Source: Octopus sinensis | Taxonomy: Eukaryota | Assembly (NCBI RefSeq): GCF_006345805.1 | Contig: NC_042997.1 | Location: 120,590,001-120,654,000, forward strand | Length of the DNA stretch: 64,000 nucleotides | Direction of reading: 5' to 3' | Shown: positions 1 to 11,540 of the stretch, one piece after another | Layout of the letters: the number at the start of each line of letters is the position of its first letter | How positions within the stretch are numbered: the stretch's first letter is position 1 | Notes under the pieces: model-generated | What the model was told of the DNA's origin: nothing | Databases searched by the model: none | Seen by the model: only the letters and a program-made list of their open reading frames with translations | Made by a program: the position numbers and the translations under genes

Positions 1-1329
1 TGCTTTATCGGTAAACATATATTGATGAAGTTATTTCCAACTCTACTTGATCTTATAATTTAATATCCCAATTTGCGGGAGGAAACTTAGTGAATAAAAC
101 ATTGCACAATTCCCTATTTTACCTGTGTGAAACCCAGGCTTATGCGTACTCGCATACATGATGTTACCTTATTGCTAATATTCATAACATATCACAGTTT
201 ACTACAATCAACAACGAATTCTTTACAAATATCAATTGATGATGTAGACAATGCACTCCGTATATTTACTAAATGCTAGGGAAATATGCTTAATATTAAA
301 GCTATAAGCATAAAGTTAATTGTTCTATTCCTTTCTACAGAACTATGAGAGGCCAAATTAACATAATAAATTGAGGCTGCTGTAAACGAAACTAAATCCT
401 GTAGGTATGTGAGATAACATTCAAGTAGTGGAGTATCATGAGATATCTTGGTTATCTCTGTATTATATATGGTGGCAGCGGTTGTTTCAGTAATTGTGTT
501 GAATGGTAATTTCAAAGGATATGCATAAGGCCATTGAATATGCTATCACATGCAAAGAAAATGCTTTAGAAACCTTGTGAGTGTACGCATTTATCGTAAA
601 ATGCATTTTTTCCCTCTACGTTTGTGTTTGCCCACATACGTTCGTTTAGCAAAAATGTAAGTTATTGTTATTAAAAGGTTCATAATGACCTTCTAAACTA
701 CCATTACATTTGCAAGTGAAAACGCAACCACCTTCTCTCTTGTTCTGAATATAAAAGAACATTTTAACAGCTCTATGTCGCTGTATATAACTTCGAAAGA
801 CACGAACTGTTAAGGGTTAGATACCGGGGTCAGCAAAATAAAGAAACAGAAATGTGACCAATCATTTCTTTCATCAGGATTTTGAGATCTAAACAGAAAT
901 TATTAACATAAATTTTGCGAAATTATTTTCGACTGACATACAGCTGGGAATAGGTCAAATGCGCTGTTCCTACATAATAGACGAAGGTGCAAAAACAATT
1001 TTCCAAACGCAACTGATTTCTTTATTAGGCATAAAGCCCCAAAAACAGAGGGGACACTACAAAGAAAGACACAGCATCACAGTGGGGACATAAAAACATA
1101 TAACGAATGAGGATGAATGTTATATAAAAATGAAGAAATGAAATGGCTGCATGGGCCCCATTCTCATGCAGTACCATTTGAACGTTTATACACACTATTT
1201 ACAATCTTTCTATTTTTCTATTGTTTTTTCTTAATCAGCTTTTTCCCTCTTTTTTTCCATTGAAACACTTTTACTTTTTCCTTTTTTTTTCTTTTACTTT
1301 TAACAAAACAATTTTACTTATTTTCCATT

Positions 1330-1700
1330 TTAATACCTCATATAAAGCTCTATGTCGCTGAGTTCAACTACTGGTGGCAGTTCATCGAAATCCACCAAAA
1401 CTTCGGGCGGGTCAATCTTTTTTCCGCACGTGTCTACTAGTCTATTGTATTTGTCGACCACAATGGCCTTTATATTTTCTGAGTATAGATCCGTGGGTAA
1501 CTTCACTTATATGTTATGTTTAAATTTGTTTTTTGCATATGTTACGCAGTTCCATTTATGTTTTCCTCTTCTTGGTTTTCTCATTTCTACATCCATTTCT
1601 GGTGCTATTTTTCCTTTTCTGTCTCTATTCTGCACACTCTCTCTATTTCAAGCTCAAGTCATCTGCTGTTATTATGTTTTTGTTTTGTTGAACGCGGGTT
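1330..1700 (-). pseudogene. Degenerate ORF fragment, possibly the C-terminal part of a LINE (Tx1-like) ORF1 or TE-derived protein
   Basis: My minus-strand translation gives ...KPRRGKHKWNCVTYAKNKFKHNI*VKLPTDLYSENIKAIVVDKYNRLVDTCGKKIDPPEVLVDFDELPPVVELSDIELYMRY*. A 3' tail ending ctaataaagaaa follows near 1020. The family assignment is by resemblance only. Confidence 0.3.
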
Positions 1701-2103
1701 ACAATTATCGGGGCATTGGTGATTACATATTATATAAATGTGCTGAAAGCAAAGTGTATTGTAATAAACTAAATTTATGGCGCCCAGATTTCTGTAGATG
1801 AATTTCACCTGAGTGCTTATTTTAAGAAGCAGCGTTTCGCATAATACGGTCTGTGCCGTGTGGGGACGTGCATGTTAAACAATCGAACCAACATTTCATC
1901 TGCGTATCGTAAAAGTCGACCGAAAGATATTGAGCTTAGATTGCACCCTCACCTCGTAAAGCCGTCTCTAGCGACGACTACCTAAACAGACGCATAGGCT
2001 GGAGTGCTTTTGCCTGAGTGGTACACATATGTCCTCCGACAGGAATGGGGGATCACCAACAAATGATAGATGCAGCTACGTACTGTTACAGCGCATGTTC
2101 CTG

Positions 2104-2135
<32 letters not shown>

Positions 2136-2387
2136 GCTGCTGCTACTGCTACTACCACCACTTCACCGACCCGGAAGGAAGAAATGTGACGTCGACCTCT
2201 GGCAGAATTTGAGCTCAGAACACAAAGACAGACAAAATGCCTCGATGCATTTTGCCCCACGTGCTCACAATTCTGCCCGCTCGCCATCCTCATACCTAAA
2301 TATATTATCTTGCATTTTGTGTTTAAATATGGCGTTGAGGAGTCAATTTTGGTTATCACTTAGTGATTAGACGCAGGATATATGCAT

Positions 2388-2690
2388 TCTCTGTCGGTAA
2401 CGTTGATGGGTGCTCCAATTGACCTTATCAACAGAACAGCCTGCTTGTGAAATTAACGTGCAATAGGTAGGGCTCTCTATAAACAAGCGTAACCTGAAAG
2501 TAGTTCACATGGAATAGCAGAGTGACAAAGAATGTGACAAGGCTGACGCTTTCAAATATAGGCCTACAGATTGTTACCAGCTGAGTGGCGTAGAATAAAT
2601 GGTCTTGCTCAGTGATGCAACGCGCTGCTGGGATTCAAACTCACGCCATTACGATTGTGAGCCAAATACCGTAACAACTAAGTCAGGTGC
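2388..2690 (-). mobile_element. tRNA-derived SINE (family B), diverged copy
   Basis: Minus strand has an A-box-like tgacttagttgttacgg and a B-box gtttgaatccc, then gcgcgttgcatcactgagcaagacc. The body matches 43740-44060. Confidence 0.7.
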
Positions 2691-3180
2691 ATTCACAAAA
2701 GAAAAAAAAAAGAAAAACTGTATCAACAACTAAAACGTGAACGAGGATTACAGTGATAAAACAAACATCATCAGAAGCACCATGCGCAAAAAACAAATCT
2801 TGATCGCATCTCCCTATAAATTGTGGATTACATATATTTCTTATCATTGACACCAGGATACATATTTCCGAATGAGACACACCGAGCAGCAAATATTTAT
2901 TGTGCCTTCTTTTCGTGATTCTGAATGGATGAAAGTCTTAAACGTGACTGGATACGAAGTGATGTGAACATAAATGTATAACATTGTTTATTACAAAAAG
3001 TTAATGAAATCTATTTATTTATTTATGTTTTCGTTACCCTGTACTAATCCAAGCTTATGTCACTGTATATATAATATTTGGAAGTAAATATGTCGTACAT
3101 TTAATCTATCTTATTAAAATTAGTTTACACTTTAAAGAAACAAATATTCCGGACTCGAATATAATTATCACAACTACTAT

Positions 3181-3322
3181 TTTATTTATTTTATTTTAAT
3201 TTATCCAGTTTCAGCTCACGAGCTGTGGCCATGCTGGGGCACCGCCATTAGGAATTGCTTACTGCACCTAAGTTTCCCAAGCGGTCACCCATCTAAGTAC
3301 TGACTAGGCTCGACGTTCCTTA
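3181..3322 (-). mobile_element. 3' half of 5S rRNA (3257-3322) fused to a retroposon 3' tail (3181-3256): 5S-derived SINE or retro-chimera
   Basis: 3257-3322 aligns ungapped, at about three-quarters identity by eye, to the reverse complement of the recalled metazoan 5S rRNA 3' half. It is followed on the minus strand by ggcggtgccccagcatggccacagctc...gaaactgg(ataaa)n. Confidence 0.75.
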
Positions 3323-3618
3323 TATATATATAAAGTGTGAATATATTTGTTATTCTGAAGTATTCTGACAGTGACTTCAAAGTGTCGGCCAGTTAATCTT
3401 GGTTTTATATAGATTCTGTTCAGACAAAATCGTCACCCGCGCGCGTGCGAGTGTGTTCATGCGCATGTAAAGATGCATACATACAAAATTACATACATGC
3501 ACACACATACACATATATACGTAACTATATTACTATATGTATGCAGTACAGTTCCTTTTCACGTTTAAATGAACAGTTTCGCTCTGGGGGTGTGGTAATG
3601 AATTGAGTTATTAACTTC

Positions 3619-3845
3619 TTATTTATTTACTACCCACAAGGGGCTACATACACAGGGGACAAACAAGGACAGACAAACGGATATATCGATTATATCGACC
3701 CCAGTGCATAACTGGTACTTATTTAATCGAACCCGAAAGGATGAAAGGCAAAGTCGACCTCGGCGAAATTTGAACTGAGAACGTTGCGGCAGACGAAATA
3801 CTACTAAATATTTCTCCTGGTGTGCAAACGTTTTTCCCAGCTCTA
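3619..3845 (-). mobile_element. tRNA-derived SINE (family A)
   Basis: Matches the plus-strand copy at 36741 (gttcaaattccgccgaggtcgactttgcctttcatcctttc...ccccttgtgggtagtaaa). Confidence 0.85.
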
Positions 3846-4706
3846 ATACATAAATAATTGACATATATATATGCTTATATGTGTGTGTGTATGTGTGTGT
3901 ATGTATGTCTGTAGGTAGAAAAACACACTCACAGATAGATAGGTAGATAGATAGATAAACAAGTTTTGAAAATAAACGCTGATTAGCGTTTCGAGTTTTG
4001 CCAGTTAACGTTTCAATAACAGGTTAGAGAAAACTTGTTACTATCATGACACTACTACGGTAACTGTTCAGCTTTTCTTAAATTAGCTTAAAATAATTAC
4101 CTCAAATTAACGCAACAACCACATATACACAAACACACGCTCACTCTCACACACACACACACATGCATGCACATACACATCCATGCACACACACACACAC
4201 ACATGCACGCACACACGCATCCATTCACACACACAATTAAATAAGCACATTTGCGCGCACACGCACGACAGTTCGTTCTCCAAATTTGCTGATGATGCAG
4301 TCACTGCTGATAAATATAACAAAGAATAGAAGAAACAAGCGAGAAAGAAAAACAAAAAAAAATAACACCAAGAGTAGATTGTTTCTTCGTTGTTGAACAA
4401 TGAAAAACATTACATCAACTGAATGGTATCAGGTTGAGGGACCCATGCTGACATGCAGTACATCACAACTGTGTCCGCTAGCACTGTAATTTGCATTTGT
4501 CTGTAGCTAGGGAAGTGAATGTATCTCATCCTAGAAAATGTCAGATGCACAGCAGCCTTAAAGAACGACCTTCCCTCTTTACGTCCGTGAACTTTCTATC
4601 ATCAGGAAATATTGGAAACCAGATCTGACTACTGAGCTATTTCACAATGGCTTAATGTCACAGGAAGAAAAAAAACAATTCTCCAGCCTCTACAATATAT
4701 TGCTTT

Positions 4707-4716
4707 TAGATGACTA

Positions 4717-4810
<94 letters not shown>

Positions 4811-4815
4811 CCTAT
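4707..4815. repeat. (TATC)n microsatellite
   Basis: Direct reading. Confidence 0.95.
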
Positions 4816-4904
4816 CTCTCTCTCTATAAATATATATATATATATTTAGATAGATAGATAGATAGATATAGATATGCATATATATATATATATATATATT
4901 ATAT

Positions 4905-5637
4905 AATTTTTGGCTGCTATTTCTACTAAGTTCAGTATGTGGCAAAGTAATTTATTTTACTAAGCCCTAATTATATAATGTAATATTTTGAATTCGCCTT
5001 AAATGGTCCTTTTACATACTGAACACTTGGTGAAATTGATTGATTAATTATTTAATTAATTAATTTTACCCTCAATTGTTGATATTATAATTCATTTCTC
5101 TCAGTCATACTGCCTCGGTTCTCGCGGTTAAAATATGGTGTTTGCTAGATAGACCACGTGGGTGGAATGGGGAGTGCAGAGATTTACGCCTGCGCATTTT
5201 GAATTTGTTGACACTGTTTAGTCGGAGTGGTTCATCTGAAGCGACAAGTTCGCTGATAGGTAAAGTTCCTTCTTTTTTAGTGTTTCCAAATACAAATTAA
5301 GAAATTTTGAGCTGACGAAAGAAATGCTGATTTATTTGGCTAATCTCGAAACGTTGACGTACTCAAACGATCTATGTACTTGTGATATTTTTCTGTATTT
5401 ACCCCCAAACCTTCGTGAGCTGAGAGAAATTTTCTTTAAGTAGTGGAAATGCTAAGAAAATTTTTTTTTGGCTGCTATTTCTACTAAGTTCAGTATGTGG
5501 CAAAGTAATTTATTTTACTAAGTCCTAATTATACAATGTAATATTTTGAATTCGCCTTAAATGGTCCTTTTACATACTGAACACTTGGTGAAATTGATTG
5601 ATTAATTATTTAATTAATTAATTTTACCCTCAATTGT

Positions 5638-5642
<5 letters not shown>
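4905..5642 (+). mobile_element. About 1.3 units of a Penelope pseudo-LTR/retrozyme-like repeat, diverged relative of the 547-bp unit
   Basis: ggctgctatttctactaagttcagtatgtggc recurs at a period of about 560 bp. The region is colinear with the 44321-47628 unit, flanked by (TA)n on both sides, and contains an HHR motif. Confidence 0.8.
5306..5367 (+). ncRNA. Type I hammerhead ribozyme motif
   Basis: tttgag-CTGACGA-aaga...tctc-GAAA-cgt tg acg-TA-ctcaaa. Stem I is 6 bp (perfect) and stem III is ACGT/ACGT. Stem II is aga/tct with an A.C mismatch at 10.1:11.1. Confidence 0.75.
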
Positions 5643-5676
<34 letters not shown>

Positions 5677-6062
5677 TGCATATATATATGCAAATACCTT
5701 TGTATGGGTAAGCAGAGTTAGTGGTTATAATAACCGTCTAAGGGATAAAATATCCGTATATAATATCAGTATCAGTTACACTCTGTTCGTAGGGTACATG
5801 TAACAACAGAATAAATGAAAGTTTATCAGGAATCAAATTTAAATAATCAGAAAATGGAGAAAGTCTGAGATCAAGAAATAAAGCCGGTGGACCACATCTA
5901 TAGTTTATTATTTAATTATTTAATGTCATGTTTTGTATTAAAAAATAAGCTACAGACGTGGTCCAATTGATTTGTTTATTTATGTGAGGTTTTCTCCATC
6001 TTCTGATTATATATATACATACACACACACACACAAACACACACACAGGAATATATATATAT

Positions 6063-6282
6063 AATCAAAAAAAGCAACAAGGATATCAGGTGTTAATGCA
6101 GTTACGATCGTTTCATGCAACTCCATTTAATTGAACAATGTAACCATTACATCAGTTTAAATGCAGAGTAATCCTGCTCTGCCTTTCAATTGATGTCATG
6201 GTTACATTGTTCAACTAAATGGTGCTGCATGAATCGATCGTAACAGCATTACCTCCTGATATCCTTGTTGCTTATTTTGATT
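6063..6282. repeat. Fold-back inverted repeat of a pseudo-LTR-like sequence with a partial HHR (GAAACGATCGTA on the minus strand)
   Basis: Arms are about 6063-6157 and 6188-6282. The sequence resembles 8208-8260. No intact CUGANGA core is present. Confidence 0.7.
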
Positions 6283-6379
6283 CTAATAAACATATTTTGA
6301 AATTGTATGGATAATACCGTACTAAATTCTGGTGCCACAAGTTAAGTATGAAATTCATCAAACTTTTTGCTGAACTTTG

Positions 6380-6448
<69 letters not shown>

Positions 6449-6459
6449 TATATAATATG

Positions 6460-7999
6460 CTACAAAAAAAACTAGTACTGTTTTGAATGTATACCGAAAA
6501 CCGAACGGTGTCGGGTCTACTAATCTCTGAGTAAAACGATTATGTGTAAGGGAGGTAACTAGTTCTGGATTTGGTGCATTTGGTAATGTGAATGGTGTAT
6601 GGGATGTATAGGTGGTATTAATTGAATGGTAAGTAGTGTTCTGTATTATGTTATGTGCTGATATTGAGTTATGGAAGATATTTATCGATGGAAGTTGCCT
6701 CTTTATTCATTCTTCGTTGTACTGTGGTGTTCTGTGAACATTAATGGAAGAGGAAATTTAGGAAATTAGATTAATATTCCTAGCACACTTTTCTATGTGC
6801 TCACTAACTTGTATCTGTCTGTATTGTGGGTGGCGGATTTGCTTTTTGTGGAAATTGGTTCTTCGACGGAGTGATATTCCTGTTTGGCCAGTATAATGAT
6901 TACCGGACGCTAAGCATGTAATGGTATAGATTAGATTTTCCGAGGCACATGTGAAATTTGATTTAATCTTAAAGATTTCACGTTGTTTAAAGTGGAATAT
7001 GGCCCCTCCAAAAGGTGGAGACATGTACCACATTTAGGTCGACCACATTTTTTCAAATTTGGTTCCGTTGCTAATAGATATAGTCTTGCGCTGGTTAATA
7101 ATGTTTTCAATGGTATAGGTTGCATTTTGCTTTTGATAATTGTGTGTGAGCCTAAAATTTTGTTTATCGAATTATCTCCTGTGAGGATGGGTAGATTTTG
7201 GATGATAATGTTGAAGGCTTCCTTGTTTCTACGGTTATGTGTGGAGATGTATGGGAGTAATTTTAAGTCTCGTGTAGTATTTCGGTTGACTTCCCTTAAT
7301 GTTCGTATAGCTATTTCCTTAGCTCGTTTAATGCCATCATTTATAAAAGATACAGGGTAATGTCTTTTGATTAGTATTGATCTGTGTTCAAGGAATTTTC
7401 GTTCGCAAGTATAGACGTCCGAAACAATGATATAGATTCTTTTCGCTATATTATAAGGCATATTAATTTTTATGTGTTTGGGGTGGTATGAGTTGAATAA
7501 TAGCTATTGTTTAGTAAAGACCCCCTTCGGTCATGAATGACCATGGGATTGCACCTAGAAAGTTACCCTCCCAGACACAAGTCCGGGCAAGGTTGTTTAT
7601 GGAAGACCAGCAGTCGCCCATGCATACCAGCCTCCCCTCTCCACGCCACCAGAGTTATCCAAGGGAAAGACGAAGGTCGATACAGCTTGGCACCTGTGAC
7701 GTCGCAACTCATTTCTACAGCTGAGTGAACTGGAGCAACGTGAAAATAAAGTGCTTTGCTCAAGAACACAACACGCAGCCCGGACCGGGATTCGAGCTCA
7801 CAACCTCACGATCGTAAGCTCGACGCTCTAACCACTGAGCCATGCGCCTTCACAGTTTAGTATCTGTGGGTTTATAGAAGATGTATGTTTCGATGTGGTT
7901 ATTGATTATTTTAATTAGGATGTCAGTAAAATGGAGTTCTTTACTGCTGCACTCCGTAGAGAATTGTCTGTTGCTATTCATATTTTTAAGCCTCATTTT
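6460..7999 (-). mobile_element. Penelope-like element: RT thumb plus GIY-YIG endonuclease, frameshifted and interrupted by a SINE
   Basis: RT C-terminus: FSTECSSKELHFTDILIKIINNHIETYIFYKPTDTK. Then ...KKCGRPKCGTCLHL...NFTCASENLIYTITCLASGNHYTGQTGISLRRRTNFHK (GIY-YIG). The element ends at (TA)n. Confidence 0.9.
7516..7854 (-). mobile_element. Full-length tRNA-derived SINE with a 7-bp TSD, inserted in the Penelope ORF
   Basis: A-box tggctcagtggttag, B-box gagctcgaatccc, CORE/V-like gtgttcttgagcaaagcactttat...cactcagctg. TSD GTTTAGT lies at 7509-7515 and 7855-7861. Confidence 0.9.
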
Positions 8000-8099
8000 N
8001 NNNNNNNNNNNNNNNNNNNNNNNNNNNNNNNNNNNNNNNNNNNNNNNNNNNNNNNNNNNNNNNNNNNNNNNNNNNNNNNNNNNNNNNNNNNNNNNNNNN
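8000..8099. other. Assembly gap (100 N)
   Basis: Direct reading; the true size is unknown. Confidence 1.
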
Positions 8100-8238
8100 G
8101 AGCAATAAAGATTCAAGTTAATTTAAAAGAATTTACTTGAATATGGTACCTAACTTAGATGCACCAAAAAAACTATACTGATTTAACTATACAGTATGTG
8201 GGGTGATTATACGCGAAAGAAGCAACATAATGATAGGT

Positions 8239-8329
8239 TTTTAGTACGATCGTTTCATACAAGGACAGGTTTTTATTAAAGTTGCAAAGATTACAGCATA
8301 AAACGAGTCCGCGTACTCATCAGCTAAAA
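8239..8329 (-). ncRNA. Type I hammerhead ribozyme with a long stem II loop (core intact)
   Basis: ttttag-CTGATGA-gtac...gtat-GAAA-cgatcg-TA-ctaaaa. Stem I is 6 bp and stem III is the palindrome ACGATCGT. Confidence 0.8.
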
Positions 8330-8882
8330 TACATGTAAGTTCTCTAGACATCCTAGTGTTTGAGCTATACTCATGAAGTAATGTAGATAATTAAACAGAT
8401 TTCTAAAGTTCATTAAAGTTCTTTAAAGATGATGTACAGTCTTATCACAGAATTTTAAAAAAGTTTTTGATAGCATCACAGAGAAGGTGACCTAATCCAT
8501 ATGAATTTCCATAGATATATGAGGGATTATATACTCACAGAAGACAAATTTTCCATTGTTAATTACAACGAGGTGGGTCTCAATTCCTGCTTATTAGCAT
8601 TATAATGCTAATAATGCTAATAGCAGGAATGAGACCCACCTCGTTGTAATTAACAATGGATAAATTTGTCTTCTGTGAGTATATATCCCTCATAATATCT
8701 ATGAAATTCATATGGATTAGGTCACCTTCTCTGTGATGCTATCAAAACTTTTTTAAAATTCTGTGATAAGACTGTACATCATCTTTAAAGAATTTTAATG
8801 AACTTTAGAAATCTGTTTAATTATCTACATTACTTCATGAGTATAGCCTCAAACACTAGGATGTCTAGAGAACTTACATGTA

Positions 8883-8972
8883 TTTTAGCTGATGAGTACG
8901 GGACTCGTTTTTATGCTGTAATCTTTGCAACTTTTAATAAAACCTGTCCTTGTATGAACGATCGTACTAAAA
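8883..8972 (+). ncRNA. Hammerhead motif, likely inactive copy
   Basis: Same motif as 8239-8329, but GAAA has lost one A (gtatGAAcgatcgta). Confidence 0.65.
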
Positions 8973-9004
8973 ACCATATCCATTCTTGTTGCTTCTTTCT
9001 CGCG

Positions 9005-9011
9005 TATATAC

Positions 9012-9062
<51 letters not shown>

Positions 9063-9317
9063 ATACATATTATATATATATATACATATATATTATACAT
9101 TATATATATATATATACATATATATAATATATATATATATATTATTATAATATATGTATATATATATGTATATATATATATATATATTATATTTATAATA
9201 TATATATATATATATATAATATGATATATATATATTATGTATATATAATTATATGTTATATATAAATATGTATGTTGTGTGTCTATATATAGTCATACAC
9301 ACATATACACACAAACG

Positions 9318-9349
<32 letters not shown>

Positions 9350-9350
9350 C
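9005..9350. repeat. Degenerate (TA)n microsatellite
   Basis: Direct reading. Confidence 0.95.
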
Positions 9351-9811
9351 ACATATGTATGTCTGTATTTATATATGCATCCACATATGTAAAACTGTTA
9401 TTTGAGAGTATACATTTTAGCATTTTTACACACATATCTATAATACATCAGTTACATTAAGGATGGGGATATTGGCCCCGATGTTAAGTTTTCTAATCTT
9501 TTCACTTAACTTCATATAACACCTAACCCCAAACTGCATTTCCCGTTCACCTCTGCCAGACCAGTGAAAATAATTGAATGTCAAAATTAATACTGTCATA
9601 ACTGATTTGTACTATGTGCTTTGGGAATATATTTTCTTACTTGTTATCCGATTTATATCTGTGAAGAAACAATAGATTCGTTTGTACTGCCCAGTGGTCA
9701 CGTTCTGTAAGTATTTAAGCTGATCATTCTCAACGCAAACACATGACCCAACTTTAGAGAATGCAAATGGAATTTCAAATCATGAAATATTCCTAAACAT
9801 GACTAAACATG

Positions 9812-9849
<38 letters not shown>

Positions 9850-10016
9850 TCATCTATCTATCTATCTATCTATCTATCTATAAATCTCTATCTATCTATT
9901 TATCTATCTCTCTGTATATCTCTTTATATCTATCTGTTTATCTGTCTATCTATTCTATTCTATTCTAACTATACTCATATATATGCATACACACATATAC
10001 ATGCACACATACACAT

Positions 10017-10049
<33 letters not shown>

Positions 10050-11359
10050 CACAATAAATGAATAAATATTCGAAATTTTATATAGATATTAGTATTGATT
10101 GTTATCATTAGTAAAATGAATAATAACAACAATAATATAGGTGGCTAACAAGCACAAGCTGGTAAGCTGCAAATCCAAAATTTTATAATTAACTTATAAT
10201 TATAATAGGACATATACGGTGCCAGCATTGTGGAAATCAGTGTCAAAAAATCCTTCAAGAAAACCACCAATCACTGGGAAAATAATGATCACAACAGAAA
10301 TCGGGCTACGAGCAAAGAAATTAATTTACCATCTCGGCAGAAAGCCGTTGAATGAGGAAAGAGACACCGCTGTATATACATACATACTTACATACATGCA
10401 TACATACATATATGCAAGTATGGATTCACATATGCCTGTGCGTGTATGTAAATATACATATGGCTACATATATGTATGTTTGTATCTATCGTTATGTGTG
10501 CACGTGTGTATGCAAACAGACACACACACGTTCGTATTTGTATGTAATATCGCCAGCTTCTCACAGTTTCAATACACGTTTCTTTTACCCCTGTTGTAGT
10601 TGATAAATTCTAATAAGTGACCTTCTTATTAAAACTGATACTACGATAATTAAGAAGGTTTCATGATGTACCACAGCCTTTAATAATCTCCCTATATTAG
10701 AAAATTCCCAACTTCAGAAATTTTATCATTGATCTTAATAGATATGTAAGGAAGCAAATCTTCCATCTCTAGTTTCTCTTTCAACACGTCCTTTGAAGCG
10801 TTTTTTCTTCTCTTTCTGAATGATAGGAACGTCTACATAAACATCTTTCATTTCCTAGATCTGCTCGTGCATGAGAAGATATCTTTAAACCATATAAATT
10901 CATAAACGGATATAATTACTAAAGAAAAGAAAAATATAAATGTTTATTATATTAAATTTCGAGCAATTATTGTGGCGACAAATGAAAAATTGAGATATAC
11001 AACTTCAATATTGGAGTTATCGTGATCTTGTCTCAATATATTTCGTTCTATCTTAAGAAAAAAAAATGCTTAGTTGTGATTATAATTGCTGATTTCAGAT
11101 ATATATTATGAGAAGTGTCTTCTGGACGTTTACATTTCTTCTTATTTTTGTTGTACATTTTGAAGACATTCATATCACTTGCTTGCTTGCAATGTCGATG
11201 CTAGAATAAGAAAAAAATATCAAGGATATTAATAATAAACTTTTATTATTGCTAGCAGTCAAATCAAATTAAAATCTATAGGGAACACACAGCCATACTC
11301 ACACACACCACATACAGACATTCTGATAGACAATTAGATAAAGAGATACATAGGTAATT

Positions 11360-11402
11360 AGATAGATAGATAGATAGATATATAGATAGATAGATAGATA
11401 GC

Positions 11403-11439
<37 letters not shown>

Positions 11440-11451
11440 GGATAGATAGAC

Positions 11452-11503
<52 letters not shown>

Positions 11504-11504
11504 T

Positions 11505-11540
<36 letters not shown>
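11360..11540. repeat. (GATA)n microsatellite flanking the Tx1 3' end
   Basis: Direct reading. Confidence 0.95.

Larger units (their letters stand above)
8208..9008. mobile_element. Inverted (fold-back) Penelope pseudo-LTR pair, arms about 395 bp
   Basis: The arms are reverse complements around tattagcatta|taatgctaata (about 8602/8603). Each arm carries an HHR motif. The pair lies upstream of the Penelope RT (across the gap) and is followed by (TA)n. Confidence 0.85.

Noticed and set aside
276-515. ORF with a faint resemblance to Cys-loop receptor TM segments (DTPLLECYL...YVNL)
   Set aside because: It has polar residues in the putative TM, wrong spacing, no splice support and stops in the continuing frame. 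An HMM search would be needed.
9655-9720. ICEETIDSFVLPSGHV, RING-finger-like
   Set aside because: Key cysteines are missing, a frameshift is required and there is no downstream CxxC; likely chance.
10230-10375. Possible small minus-strand exon (cag|CGGTG...AGATG|gtaaat)
   Set aside because: Only 41 nt, with a weak acceptor and no recognisable translation or partner exons.
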